64,000 nt of DNA from Spirochaetia bacterium. GTDB taxonomy: Bacteria; Spirochaetota; Spirochaetia; SZUA-6; Bin103. Made by a program: the position numbers and the translations under genes. Shown here piece after piece: positions 19,262-27,758 of the stretch. Numbering within the stretch: position 1 is the first letter of the stretch; every line of letters starts with the position of its first letter. The notes beneath the pieces were generated by a model. That model ran no database searches and had not been told where the DNA came from. It worked only from the letters and a program-made list of their open reading frames with translations. Where the stretch lies: contig OZ241863.1 in assembly GCA_965203055.1 (NCBI GenBank), positions 576,001 through 640,000 on the forward strand, given 5' to 3'.

Positions 19262-20761
19262 ATGCGTAGCATCCTGATCAGTTGGATCGGCAATACGGAC
19301 CTGAAAGCGTCGCAGGGAGGCGCGGAGGGTATCGGACCGGTGGCCAAGGCCGTGGAGGACGGTACGTACGACGACGCCTTTCTGCTCACCACGTATGGCG
19401 ACGAGGCGGAACGCTACCGAGAGTGGCTCGAAGGGCGCGCGAGCGGGATCAGTCTCCACCTGCTGCACGAGCGGCTCACCAGCCCCACGGCCTTCGGCGA
19501 GGTCTACCCAGCCGCGGTCCGCGCCTGCGAACGGGCGCGCGCGGCCGCCGGTCCGGGCGCCGCGCTCACGTTCCATCTGAGCCCCGGCACGCCGGCCATG
19601 TCCGCGGTGTGGATCATCCTGGCCAAGACGCGCTTCGAGGCAACGATCATCGAGTCGTCGAAAGAGCACGGCGTCCGGGAGGTCTCCGTCCCCTTCGACA
19701 TCTCGGCTGAGTTTCTCGCCGATCTACTGCGGCAGCCGGACCGGGATCTGGAACGTCTGAGCGCCGGGCTGCCGCCGCAGGCGCCCGCCTTCGACGAGAT
19801 CGTCCATCGCAGCCCGGAGATGCGGCGCGTCATTTTGCTCGCCCGGCGGGTCGCGCTGCACTCGGTGCCGGTTCTGATCGAGGGAGAGTCCGGCACGGGC
19901 AAGGAGCTGATGGCGCGGGCCATCCACCACTCGAGCCCACGACGGGAGGAACGGTTCATCTCGGTCAACTGCGGCGCAATACCTGAGAATCTGGTTGAGT
20001 CGGAGTTGTTCGGCCATGAGAAGGGCGCGTTCACCGGTGCCGTCAAGATGCGAAAGGGGCACTTCGAAGCCGCGAGTGGCGGAACGCTATTTTTGGATGA
20101 GATCGGGGAGCTGCCGCTTTCGGCGCAGACGAAGCTGTTGCGCGTCCTGCAGGAAGGGACGGTCCAGCGTGTCGGCAGCAGCGACACGCGTTCAGTAGAC
20201 GTGCGCGTCATCGCGGCGACCAACCGTACCCTGACGGAGGAGGTCGCACGCGGCCGGTTCCGCGAAGACCTCTTCTATCGTCTGGCGGTGGCGGTGCTCA
20301 AGCTGCCGCCGCTCCGCGAGCGCGGCGGCGACGTCGGGCCCATGACGGATCATCTTCTCGTCCAAATCAACCGCGAGTTGGCGAAAGCTCTTGGTTATCG
20401 GCGCAAAAGCCTTTCCGCTTCGGCAAGGAATCTTCTTACTCGGCACCCGTGGCCGGGCAACGTACGCGAGTTGCGCAACACGCTGATGCGCGCCGCGCTC
20501 TGGTCGGCGGGCGACATCATCACGGGGGACGACCTGCGCGGTGCGCTGCTATCGGCGCTCGGCGACCGCAAGCGGGACGTGTGGGACCGTCCCTTGGGCG
20601 GCGGTTTCAGCATCGAGGCGCTGTTGGCGGAGATCAGGCGCCATTATCTGAGCCGCGCGATGGAGAAGGCCGGCGACAACAAGACCAGGGCAGCCAAACT
20701 ACTGGGACTCCGCAGCCATCAGACGCTCAGCAACTGGCTGAAACAGCACGCGGCGGAATGA
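19262..20761 (+). CDS. RtcR-like sigma-54-dependent activator (CARF-like N-terminus, AAA+, Fis-HTH)
   Basis: N-terminal SWIGNTD..GP and FHLSPGTPAM; GESGTGKE, FGHEKGAFTGA, FLDEIG, RFREDLFYRL, WPGNVREL; NKTRAAKLLGL; AAGGAGG SD. Confidence 0.9.
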   Translation: MRSILISWIGNTDLKASQGGAEGIGPVAKAVEDGTYDDAFLLTTYGDEAERYREWLEGRASGISLHLLHERLTSPTAFGEVYPAAVRACERARAAAGPGAALTFHLSPGTPAMSAVWIILAKTRFEATIIESSKEHGVREVSVPFDISAEFLADLLRQPDRDLERLSAGLPPQAPAFDEIVHRSPEMRRVILLARRVALHSVPVLIEGESGTGKELMARAIHHSSPRREERFISVNCGAIPENLVESELFGHEKGAFTGAVKMRKGHFEAASGGTLFLDEIGELPLSAQTKLLRVLQEGTVQRVGSSDTRSVDVRVIAATNRTLTEEVARGRFREDLFYRLAVAVLKLPPLRERGGDVGPMTDHLLVQINRELAKALGYRRKSLSASARNLLTRHPWPGNVRELRNTLMRAALWSAGDIITGDDLRGALLSALGDRKRDVWDRPLGGGFSIEALLAEIRRHYLSRAMEKAGDNKTRAAKLLGLRSHQTLSNWLKQHAAE

Positions 20762-20779
20762 TGGCACGATTATTGCTTA
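20760..20779 (+). promoter_or_regulatory. Sigma-54 (-24/-12) promoter P2 for csb2C-cas1-cas2
   Basis: GATGGCACGATTATTGCTTA, consensus TGGCACG-N4-TTGCT; abuts the activator stop codon. Confidence 0.88.
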
Positions 20780-20833
20780 TCAGGTATTGAGGGCCGAGTT
20801 CGGAACGAGCCGTCAGCCCCGGAGGAAAGAATC

Positions 20834-20914
20834 ATGGCGCAGGACGTAGAGAAACTACTGACGACGACTAGCACCCACGCCAACCCGCCTCGCGGCCCGC
20901 GGAGACGCGCGTGA
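20834..20914 (+). CDS. 26-aa leader ORF or gene remnant (MAQDVEKLLTTTSTHANPPRGPRRRA)
   Basis: Strong GGAGG SD at 20821; its TGA overlaps the GTG of the next gene (GTGA). Confidence 0.45.
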   Translation: MAQDVEKLLTTTSTHANPPRGPRRRA

Positions 20915-21642
20915 CCGGCGGGCCGGCGCGCGCGGCGCGGATGCCGGATTGCGTGCGCTTTCGTCTCACCGGCGACCGGCTCCCGACTGCGCGCCTGGGG
21001 CATCAGGTCGCCGAACGCGCCCGCCGCGCCGCGCTCGGCCGGGCACGCATGATGTACGGACCGGACGGCATACCCGCGGCGCTGTCGGGCCACGGCGCCC
21101 AGGCCGGCGCGCCGGCCCTGGAGCACCGGCACGCCTTCTGGCTGCCGGAGGATGCCGACGGCGACGGGCGCATCGACCATCTCACCGTGCACGCCCGGGC
21201 GATGGACGGGACGGCGCTGGCGGCGCTGTTGGCCGCGGACATCGCCGTCCATGCACGACGCGAGCACTGGCGCGCAGCCTCGGACTGGATCGGCCGCCAT
21301 GACGAGCCGGACATCCCCACGGCCCTGCTGGAGGTCGCGGTCGAATGGGTCTCCGTCGCTCCCTACTACCGGCCGTGGCACGCGAAGCGCGGCTTCTCGC
21401 AGGACGACATGATCCGCCGCGAATGCGCCGCGCGCGGTCTGCCTCCGGTGACGGAGGTGGAGTTGATCGGCTCCGGCGCCGCCCCGCCGCGCTGGCGCTG
21501 GCGCGAAAGCGCGCCGAAGGGGAACGGCCGGGGCACGGCGTGGCGGCTGGTCTTCGCCGCGCCCGTGCGCGGGCCGCTGGCGTTCGGCTACGGCTGTCAC
21601 TTCGGCCTCGGCCTGTTCGCCCCGGAGTCGGGCGATGCGTGA
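20911..21642 (+). CDS. csb2: Cas6-like crRNA processing protein resembling the C-terminal half of type I-G Csb2
   Basis: LSGHG, H.HAFWLPED.DGDGRIDHL.V, W.S..PY, GPLAFGYGCHFGLGLF; only 243 aa. Confidence 0.8.
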   Translation: MTGGPARAARMPDCVRFRLTGDRLPTARLGHQVAERARRAALGRARMMYGPDGIPAALSGHGAQAGAPALEHRHAFWLPEDADGDGRIDHLTVHARAMDGTALAALLAADIAVHARREHWRAASDWIGRHDEPDIPTALLEVAVEWVSVAPYYRPWHAKRGFSQDDMIRRECAARGLPPVTEVELIGSGAAPPRWRWRESAPKGNGRGTAWRLVFAAPVRGPLAFGYGCHFGLGLFAPESGDA

Positions 21643-22678
21643 CGCCGACCGGCGCGACCGCGCCGCGGCCATCCGCCATCCGGTCTACGTCAACAACCAG
21701 GGCGCGCGCATCGGCCTGACCGGTCACACCCTCGAGGTGGCGATGCTGGACAAGCGCCGGCGCCGGCACCTGCGCCTGGACGAAATGTCCGAAATGACCG
21801 TCATGGGCAACATCCAGGTAACCACGCCTGCGCTGCAGGAACTGATGCGGCGCGGCATCCCGGTGTGCTGGACGACCTCCTCCGGCTGGTTCCTGGGCGC
21901 CACTTCCGGCTTCGGCCACGGCGATGGCGCGTTGCGCGCGGAACAGCACGCCGCCGCCGCCGACCCCGCGCGCCGCGTCGCCTTTGCCCGCACTTGGGTG
22001 GCCGCCAAGATCCGGAACTGCCGCACCCTCCTGCGCCGCAACGGGAGCGGCCGCGAGGCGAAGATCGCAGTGCGTCAACTGACGGAACTCGTGGAAAACG
22101 CGGAACGCACCGCCGATCTGGACAAGCTGCGCGGCTACGAGGGCGCCGCGGCCGCCGCCTACTTCAGGACCTTCCCGGCCATGCTGCGCGGGCGGGCGGC
22201 CTGGGCCGCCGAACGGTACCGGGGCCGCAACCGCCGGCCGCCGCGCGATCCGGTCAACGCCGCGCTCTCCTTCGCCTACGCCGTCCAGACCCGCTCCTGG
22301 AGCGTCGCCGTCACCGCCGCCGGACTCGATCTGTTCACCGGGTTCCTGCACGGCTTCCGGCATGGTCGTCCCGCGTTGGCGCTCGACCTGATGGAACCGG
22401 CGCGGCCGCGGATCGCGGATTCCGCGGTCCTGCGCATATTCAATTCGGGGATGCTGAAAGCCGGCTACATGGAACAGGAGGGCAACGCAGTCCTGCTCGG
22501 CGAGCAGGGCCGGCGCGTCCTGCTGGACGCACTGGAAGACCGGCTGGACGAGTCGAGCCTCCACGACCGCCTGGGGCGGGCCATCATCTACCGCGACCTG
22601 CCGTCCATCGAAGCCGCCCGCCTCGCGCGCGCTCTGCGCCGCAACGACGAGCCGCCGGCGCAGATGAGCTGGCGGTAG
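21635..22678 (+). CDS. cas1: Cas1 (type I-G-like, no Cas4 or RT fusion)
   Basis: PVYV..QGARIG, LRGYEG.AA..YF, RNRRPPRDPVNAALS, GFLH, PALALDLMEP.R. Confidence 0.95.
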   Translation: MRDADRRDRAAAIRHPVYVNNQGARIGLTGHTLEVAMLDKRRRRHLRLDEMSEMTVMGNIQVTTPALQELMRRGIPVCWTTSSGWFLGATSGFGHGDGALRAEQHAAAADPARRVAFARTWVAAKIRNCRTLLRRNGSGREAKIAVRQLTELVENAERTADLDKLRGYEGAAAAAYFRTFPAMLRGRAAWAAERYRGRNRRPPRDPVNAALSFAYAVQTRSWSVAVTAAGLDLFTGFLHGFRHGRPALALDLMEPARPRIADSAVLRIFNSGMLKAGYMEQEGNAVLLGEQGRRVLLDALEDRLDESSLHDRLGRAIIYRDLPSIEAARLARALRRNDEPPAQMSWR

Positions 22679-22693
22679 CAGCGGAGCGTCCTC

Positions 22694-22969
22694 ATGCCGC
22701 CTGCCGGAAGGGACTACCTGGTAGCCTACGACGTTTCGTCCCCCAAGCGGTGGCGCCGGGTCTACCGGCTGCTGCACGGTTACGGCGACTGGGTTCAGCT
22801 TTCCGTGTTCCGGTGCCGGCTGGACCCCCGACGCCGCCGCCGGATGGAGCAGGAGCTGCGCGCCGTGATGGAGACCGCCGAAGACCGGCTGCTCATCGCG
22901 CGGCTGGAGGAGGACGGACAAACGGCCGCCGACCGGGCGAAGTCGGATCGACGGGCATTGATCGTGTAA
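22694..22969 (+). CDS. cas2: Cas2
   Basis: YLVAYDV..PKRWRRV...L.GYG..VQLSVF.C. Confidence 0.95.
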   Translation: MPPAGRDYLVAYDVSSPKRWRRVYRLLHGYGDWVQLSVFRCRLDPRRRRRMEQELRAVMETAEDRLLIARLEEDGQTAADRAKSDRRALIV

Positions 22970-22981
22970 CCGCCGCGCGGC

Positions 22982-23609
22982 GTGCTATGCTGGCCGGCGT
23001 CTGGAGGCGTGGTCGAATGCCTCGGGTACTACTTCCGCAACCACCCCGACGTGTACGTGTCCGGCAGCCTGCTGATCTACTACGAGGAAGGGACGCGGGC
23101 GAGGGTGGCGCCGGACGTGTTCGTGGTGTTCGGCGCGGGCAAAGAAGAACGCTCGTCGTACCTGCTGTGGAAGGAGGCCAAGGCGCCCGACTTCGTGCTG
23201 GAGATCGCGTCGCCGGGGACGTGGCGGGACGATCAGACCTGGAAGCGGGAGTTGTACCGCCGGCTGGGGGTGGGTGAGTACTGGCAGTACGATCCGACGC
23301 GGAACTACCTGCAGCCGCCGCTGCAGGGGTTGGAGTTGGAGGTTCTACGATCCGCAGACCGGAGAGGAGCTGCGGAACTTGGCGGAGGCCGAAGACGGAC
23401 GCCGGGAGGCGGAGGCCCGCGTGGAGCAGGAAGCGGCCGCCCGCCGCCGGGAGGCAGCCGCCCGCCAGGCCGCAGAAGCCCGCGTCCATCAGGAGGCGGC
23501 CGCCCGCCAGGCCGCAGAGACCAGCGCCCACCAGGAAGCGGCTGCCCGCCAAGCGGCCGAAGCGCGTTTGGCCGAACTCGAGGCATTGTTACGCCGCCGA
23601 TCCGACTGA
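22982..23609 (+). pseudogene. Uma2-family endonuclease, 5'-truncated and frameshifted near 23340
   Basis: VAPDVFVV, PDFVLEIASP.T...D, KR.LY..LGV.EYW.YDP; coiled EAAARQAAE tail in another frame. Confidence 0.8.
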
Positions 23610-23639
23610 CGCTACCTACGTTTTTGGAAGTGCCCGCCC
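23606..23639 (+). repeat. Isolated, degenerate ISKra4 right end
   Basis: CTGACGCTACCTACGTTTTTGGAAGTGCCCGCCC versus CTGACGCTACCTACGTTTTGGAAGTGCGCCC at 49213-49243. Confidence 0.8.
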
Positions 23640-23897
23640 TGTGGTGTTGCCAAATAACCGGATGTGGCATAGGGTAGCCGTCAAGCAGGCGTCTTTGACA
23701 GAGCGACCGAGCCGGAGGGGTGTGCTGCTGATCCTTCCGGATTCCGCTCGCGTCGCACGAAAGCGTTGCCGCCAAGGGAGATATGGCAGATAATCCTGAG
23801 TGAACGTCCAGTTGAGGGGTCCGATTGCTCGTCATGGCTGCCTCCGCTCGCGGGACTTGAGATTTGTGCTTGCAGATCATGGGGTTGCGGGACGGCA
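23640..23897 (+). promoter_or_regulatory. Putative CRISPR leader
   Basis: Non-coding, lower-GC stretch between the cas2 region and the conserved end of the array. Confidence 0.6.
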
Positions 23898-25497
23898 GTC
23901 ACCAGCCGCGCGAAACGCGCGGCCCTATTGAAACACACGCTTGGCCTTGGTCAGGTTGACCCGGATGAATGATGTCACCAGCCGCGCGAAACGCGCGGCC
24001 CTATTGAAACCAGGCGGAACGCGATGCAATCGTCATCCCCGCGTGGAACGGTCACCAGCCGCGCGAAACGCGCGGCCCTATTGAAACTCATGGCGTCGGG
24101 GAGAGTGGCGTCCGCCCGCCAGGAAAGTCACCAGCCGCGCGAAACGCGCGGCCCTATTGAAACTTGATCGCCTTGTCGATTGCTTCTACGACATCATCCT
24201 GGTCACCAGCCGCGCGAAACGCGCGGCCCTATTGAAACCTCCTTGACCTGCTCATCCGTGATCAACCCCATGTTGTCACCAGCCGCGCGAAACGCGCGGC
24301 CCTATTGAAACTTTAGAGACAGAAAAAGAACCTGAATAAACTACATACCGTCACCAGCCGCGCGAAACGCGCGGCCCTATTGAAACACGAATCTTGTTCG
24401 CCTTATAGGCCCGCTGAGTGGAAGTCACCAGCCGCGCGAAACGCGCGGCCCTATTGAAACACTGCGAATGGGAGACGATGTCTTCATCGACCTGATCGGG
24501 TCACCAGCCGCGCGAAACGCGCGGCCCTATTGAAACGCTTCGGCGATCTTGCCGTTGCCGAGAAACGTCTTGGCGGTCACCAGCCGCGCGAAACGCGCGG
24601 CCCTATTGAAACTTGTACTCTGCAAGCTGATCTAAGATCTCTGTTCGACGTCACCAGCCGCGCGAAACGCGCGGCCCTATTGAAACCCGACAGGAACGTT
24701 CGTCTCATTGAACTTGGCCGCCGAGTCACCAGCCGCGCGAAACGCGCGGCCCTATTGAAACGTGGGGACGCCGATCCACACTATGGCGCGGCAGGCGCGG
24801 GTCACCAGCCGCGCGAAACGCGCGGCCCTATTGAAACCTCCTTGAACGCTTTCGGTATACGTATGGGCAATACGAGTCACCAGCCGCGCGAAACGCGCGG
24901 CCCTATTGAAACGGTATCGGAAGTTTCGCCGCCCCCGGTGGGAGGTCACCAGCCGCGCGAAACGCGCGGCTCTATTGAACTCCTTCGGCGCCGCAAGGAC
25001 TCCGAACGGATTCTTGAGGTCACCAGCCGCGCGAAACGCGCGGCCCTATTGAAACCTGGGCGCGGTCACGATCACGTGCTCGCCGCTATGCGGTCACCAG
25101 CCGCGCGAAACGCGCGGCTCTATTGAAACTCCTTCGGCGCCGCAAGGACTCCGAACGGATTCTTGAGGTCACCAGCCGTGCGAAACGCGCGGCCCTATTG
25201 AAACCTGGGCGCGGTCACGATCACGTGCTCGCCGCTATGCGGTCACCAGCCGCGCGAAACGCGCGGCTCTATTGAAACTCCTTCGGCGCCGCAAGGACTC
25301 CGAACGGATTCTTGAGGTCACTAGCCGCGCGAAACGCGCGGCCCTATTGAAACCTGGGCGCGGTCACGATCACGTGCTCGCCGTTATGCGGTCACCAGCC
25401 GCGCGAAACGCGCGGCTCTATTGAAACGCCGCCCGCGCCGCGCACACGCACGCCCACCCGGCCGCCTGTCACCAGCCGCGCGAAACGCGCGGCCCTA
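23898..25497 (+). CRISPR. CRISPR array, 22 repeats (last truncated to 30 bp) and 21 spacers of 32-40 bp
   Basis: 37-bp repeat GTCACCAGCCGCGCGAAACGCGCGGCCCTATTGAAAC with 8-bp hairpin GCCGCGCG-AAA-CGCGCGGC and ATTGAAAC handle; variants accumulate at the distal end. Confidence 0.99.
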
Positions 25498-26575
25498 CAG
25501 GCGTCGATGAGCGATAGAGGTAAAGATCGAGAATGTCGACTGGACATGGAATGTCAATCTCAAAATCTGGCCTGACAAATGATCAAGAAGCTCTGGAGGC
25601 AGGTAGAGATGTTGCAGTGTATGAGCGTTGAGATGATCCAAGAGATGGCAAAGCATCGCCGCCTTTTGGAGGTCTACCGACACATGGTTTCTCGACTACT
25701 ACGAGAAGGTTGGTCAGAGATGGTGGATCACATTCTTTGTCATCGTGGCAGCCTTCTTAATGGATTGTAGGAGGTTGCCAAGAATTGGACAAGATGACAC
25801 GCGAAGTATTAGCGAATGCGTATCCAATCCCGATGTCATTGCCAGTGTGAAGAGGCGGAGGAGGTGAGCGAGGCATTGTTTTATGCAAGGGAAGAGCCTA
25901 TCTACAAGAGTCTTCTTACCAAAGAGGATCTCAAGGAGCTCCGGAAACAGTATGCAAAGAATGTTGAGAGGTGCAAGAAGGAAGCAGAAAGGCCGGATGT
26001 GAAGGAGTTTTGGGGATGGGTAGCCTTGGGAATAATCTTCCTTGTGGCCTGCTACTTCTTGGCAGGGTGTTCAGAGCTCATGCCATACCAGGGTTGAGAC
26101 TGAAGTCTACAAGAGTGATGCACGCTGTGAATGCGTACTTCACTATGGCGCTACAGATGGTACCTTTGTAGGATGTGGGAGGGTTGTTCAGATCGAGACT
26201 ACAAGAGGGTCGGAGTATGGGAGTGAGGCGTATGGAGCAAGGGCGTTTGTGAGTAACGGATATGTTCGCATAGTAGGCAACACTCGAATAGTGTTATGGG
26301 TGAATACCTCTTGTTAGTCGAACCCCTTAGGAGTAGATGATGGAACGTAGAGTCAGGCTTGCGATAGACACTTTTGGGTATTGGCGATTGCCCTTCCGTC
26401 TATCGGTATATTGATTGCGGTCTTGGATTTTAACTTTGAGAATAACGGGCCTTTCGGAGGGGTAGACCTTAAGGGGGATGTCTGTTAGCTCAGGAGGATT
26501 TCCTGGGCCAATCGACGTACCCTAAGACTTGTAGGAAAGACGTTGGTCTGCGTGAATAGGAATCAGAAATATACT
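25498..26575 (+). other. Low-GC foreign segment with short co-oriented ORFs (phage/plasmid-like)
   Basis: Abrupt compositional change; small + strand ORFs at 25579, 25816 and 26042. Confidence 0.6.
25816..26097 (+). CDS. Small hypothetical membrane protein
   Basis: 93 aa with a C-terminal hydrophobic segment (FWGWVALGIIFLVACYFLAGC). Confidence 0.4.
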   Translation: MRIQSRCHCQCEEAEEVSEALFYAREEPIYKSLLTKEDLKELRKQYAKNVERCKKEAERPDVKEFWGWVALGIIFLVACYFLAGCSELMPYQG

Positions 26576-26588
26576 ACGAGTCGCGCGG

Positions 26589-27628
26589 GTGCGCGATCTG
26601 CCAATCCTGGACCAGTCCACCATCCTGGTGCTGGCGCGGCGCCGCTTGGCCTGCCCACAGTGCGGTCCGAAACTCGAACACCTGAACTGGCTGGCTCCCT
26701 ATGCCCGGGTCACCAACCGGCTGGCCGAGAGCGTAGCGCAGATGTGCGCAGTGCTGCCGATCAAACACGTAGCGCAGCACTACGAGCTGCGCTGGGACGC
26801 GGTGAAGGAACTGGATAAGGCGTACTTGCAGCGCACCCTCGGACCGGTGCAGTTGCAGGGAGTCACCCAACTGGTGATGGACGAATTCGCGCTGCGCCGC
26901 GGGCATCGCTACGCCACAGTCATCGTCGATGCCCTCACCAAGCGCGTGCTGTGGGTTGGTAAAGGTCGGCGCCGGGAAGACATACGGCCATTCTTCCAAC
27001 TCTTGGGCAGGGCCGGCTGTGAAGCTATCGAGGCGGTGGCGATGGATATGAACGGCGCCTACGAGCCGGAGGTGCGCCAGAACTGTCCGCAGGCCAGGAT
27101 CGTGTACGACTTGTTCCACGTCGTGGCCAAGTACGGGCGCGAGGTGATCGACCGGGTGCGCGTGGACGAAGCCAACCGGCTGCGAGCTGACCGGCCAGCG
27201 CGAGCGGTGGTGAAAGGGTCACGGTGGCTGCTGCTGCGCAATCGGCAGAACATCCGCAAGCGCGAGGATCGGGTCAAGCTGCGGGAACTGCTGCAAGCCA
27301 ACGAGTCGATCGCTACGGTCTACCTCCTGCGCGACGATCTGAAGCATCTGTGGGAGTATCGCCGTGCGGGGAATGCGCAACGGTTCTGGGAGCAATGGTA
27401 CGAGCGGGCGCAGGCCAGCGGCATCGCGCCGCTGATCAAGTTTGCGACGGCGATGAAGAAGCGACTGCACGGGATCCTGGCGCACTGCCGGTGGCCGCTG
27501 CACACCAGTCTGATCGAAGGCATGAATAACAAGATCAAGGTGATCAAACGAATGGCCTATGGGCTCCGCGACAACGACTACTTCTTCCTCAAGATCAGGG
27601 CCTCTTTCCCGGAGATGCCGGATGAACC
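26589..27628 (+). mobile_element. ISL3-family transposase, 5'-truncated; right end ...GGATGAACC
   Basis: VRDLP, C..CG, MDEFA...GHRYAT, VAMDM, DLFHV, EGMNNKIKVIKRMAYG; N-terminus and left IR absent; apparent 1-bp loss makes the ORF read past the usual stop. Confidence 0.88.
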
Positions 27629-27758
27629 TCTTTTTCTCGTCCGGCCCAATCCTACCCACAACCCGCAGCAACGTTCAACCAGAGCATCGAGCGAGCGTCC
27701 CGGACGGAGCCGCGCCGCGCTTGACGCCGGTGCGGTTCCGGTACATTCTGATTCACGG

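Noticed and set aside
21635..22678. RT-Cas1 (RNA spacer acquisition)
   Set aside because: No reverse transcriptase motifs in or near cas1
24537..24575. Spacer 9 reverse complement shares GACGTTTCTCGGC with 523-535 (possible self-targeting of the HNH element)
   Set aside because: Only 13 nt match and the flanks disagree; compatible with chance
24239..24845. Spacers 5 and 13 both start CTCCTTGA, also complementary to a site near 25930
   Set aside because: 8-nt matches are not significant
24530..25126. 198-aa ORF with repeated peptides
   Set aside because: Translation of CRISPR repeats and spacers
26484..26510. Possible ISL3 left IR (GCTCAGGAGGATTTCCTGGG)
   Set aside because: Poor match to the right end, and the transposase N-terminus is missing between it and the ORF
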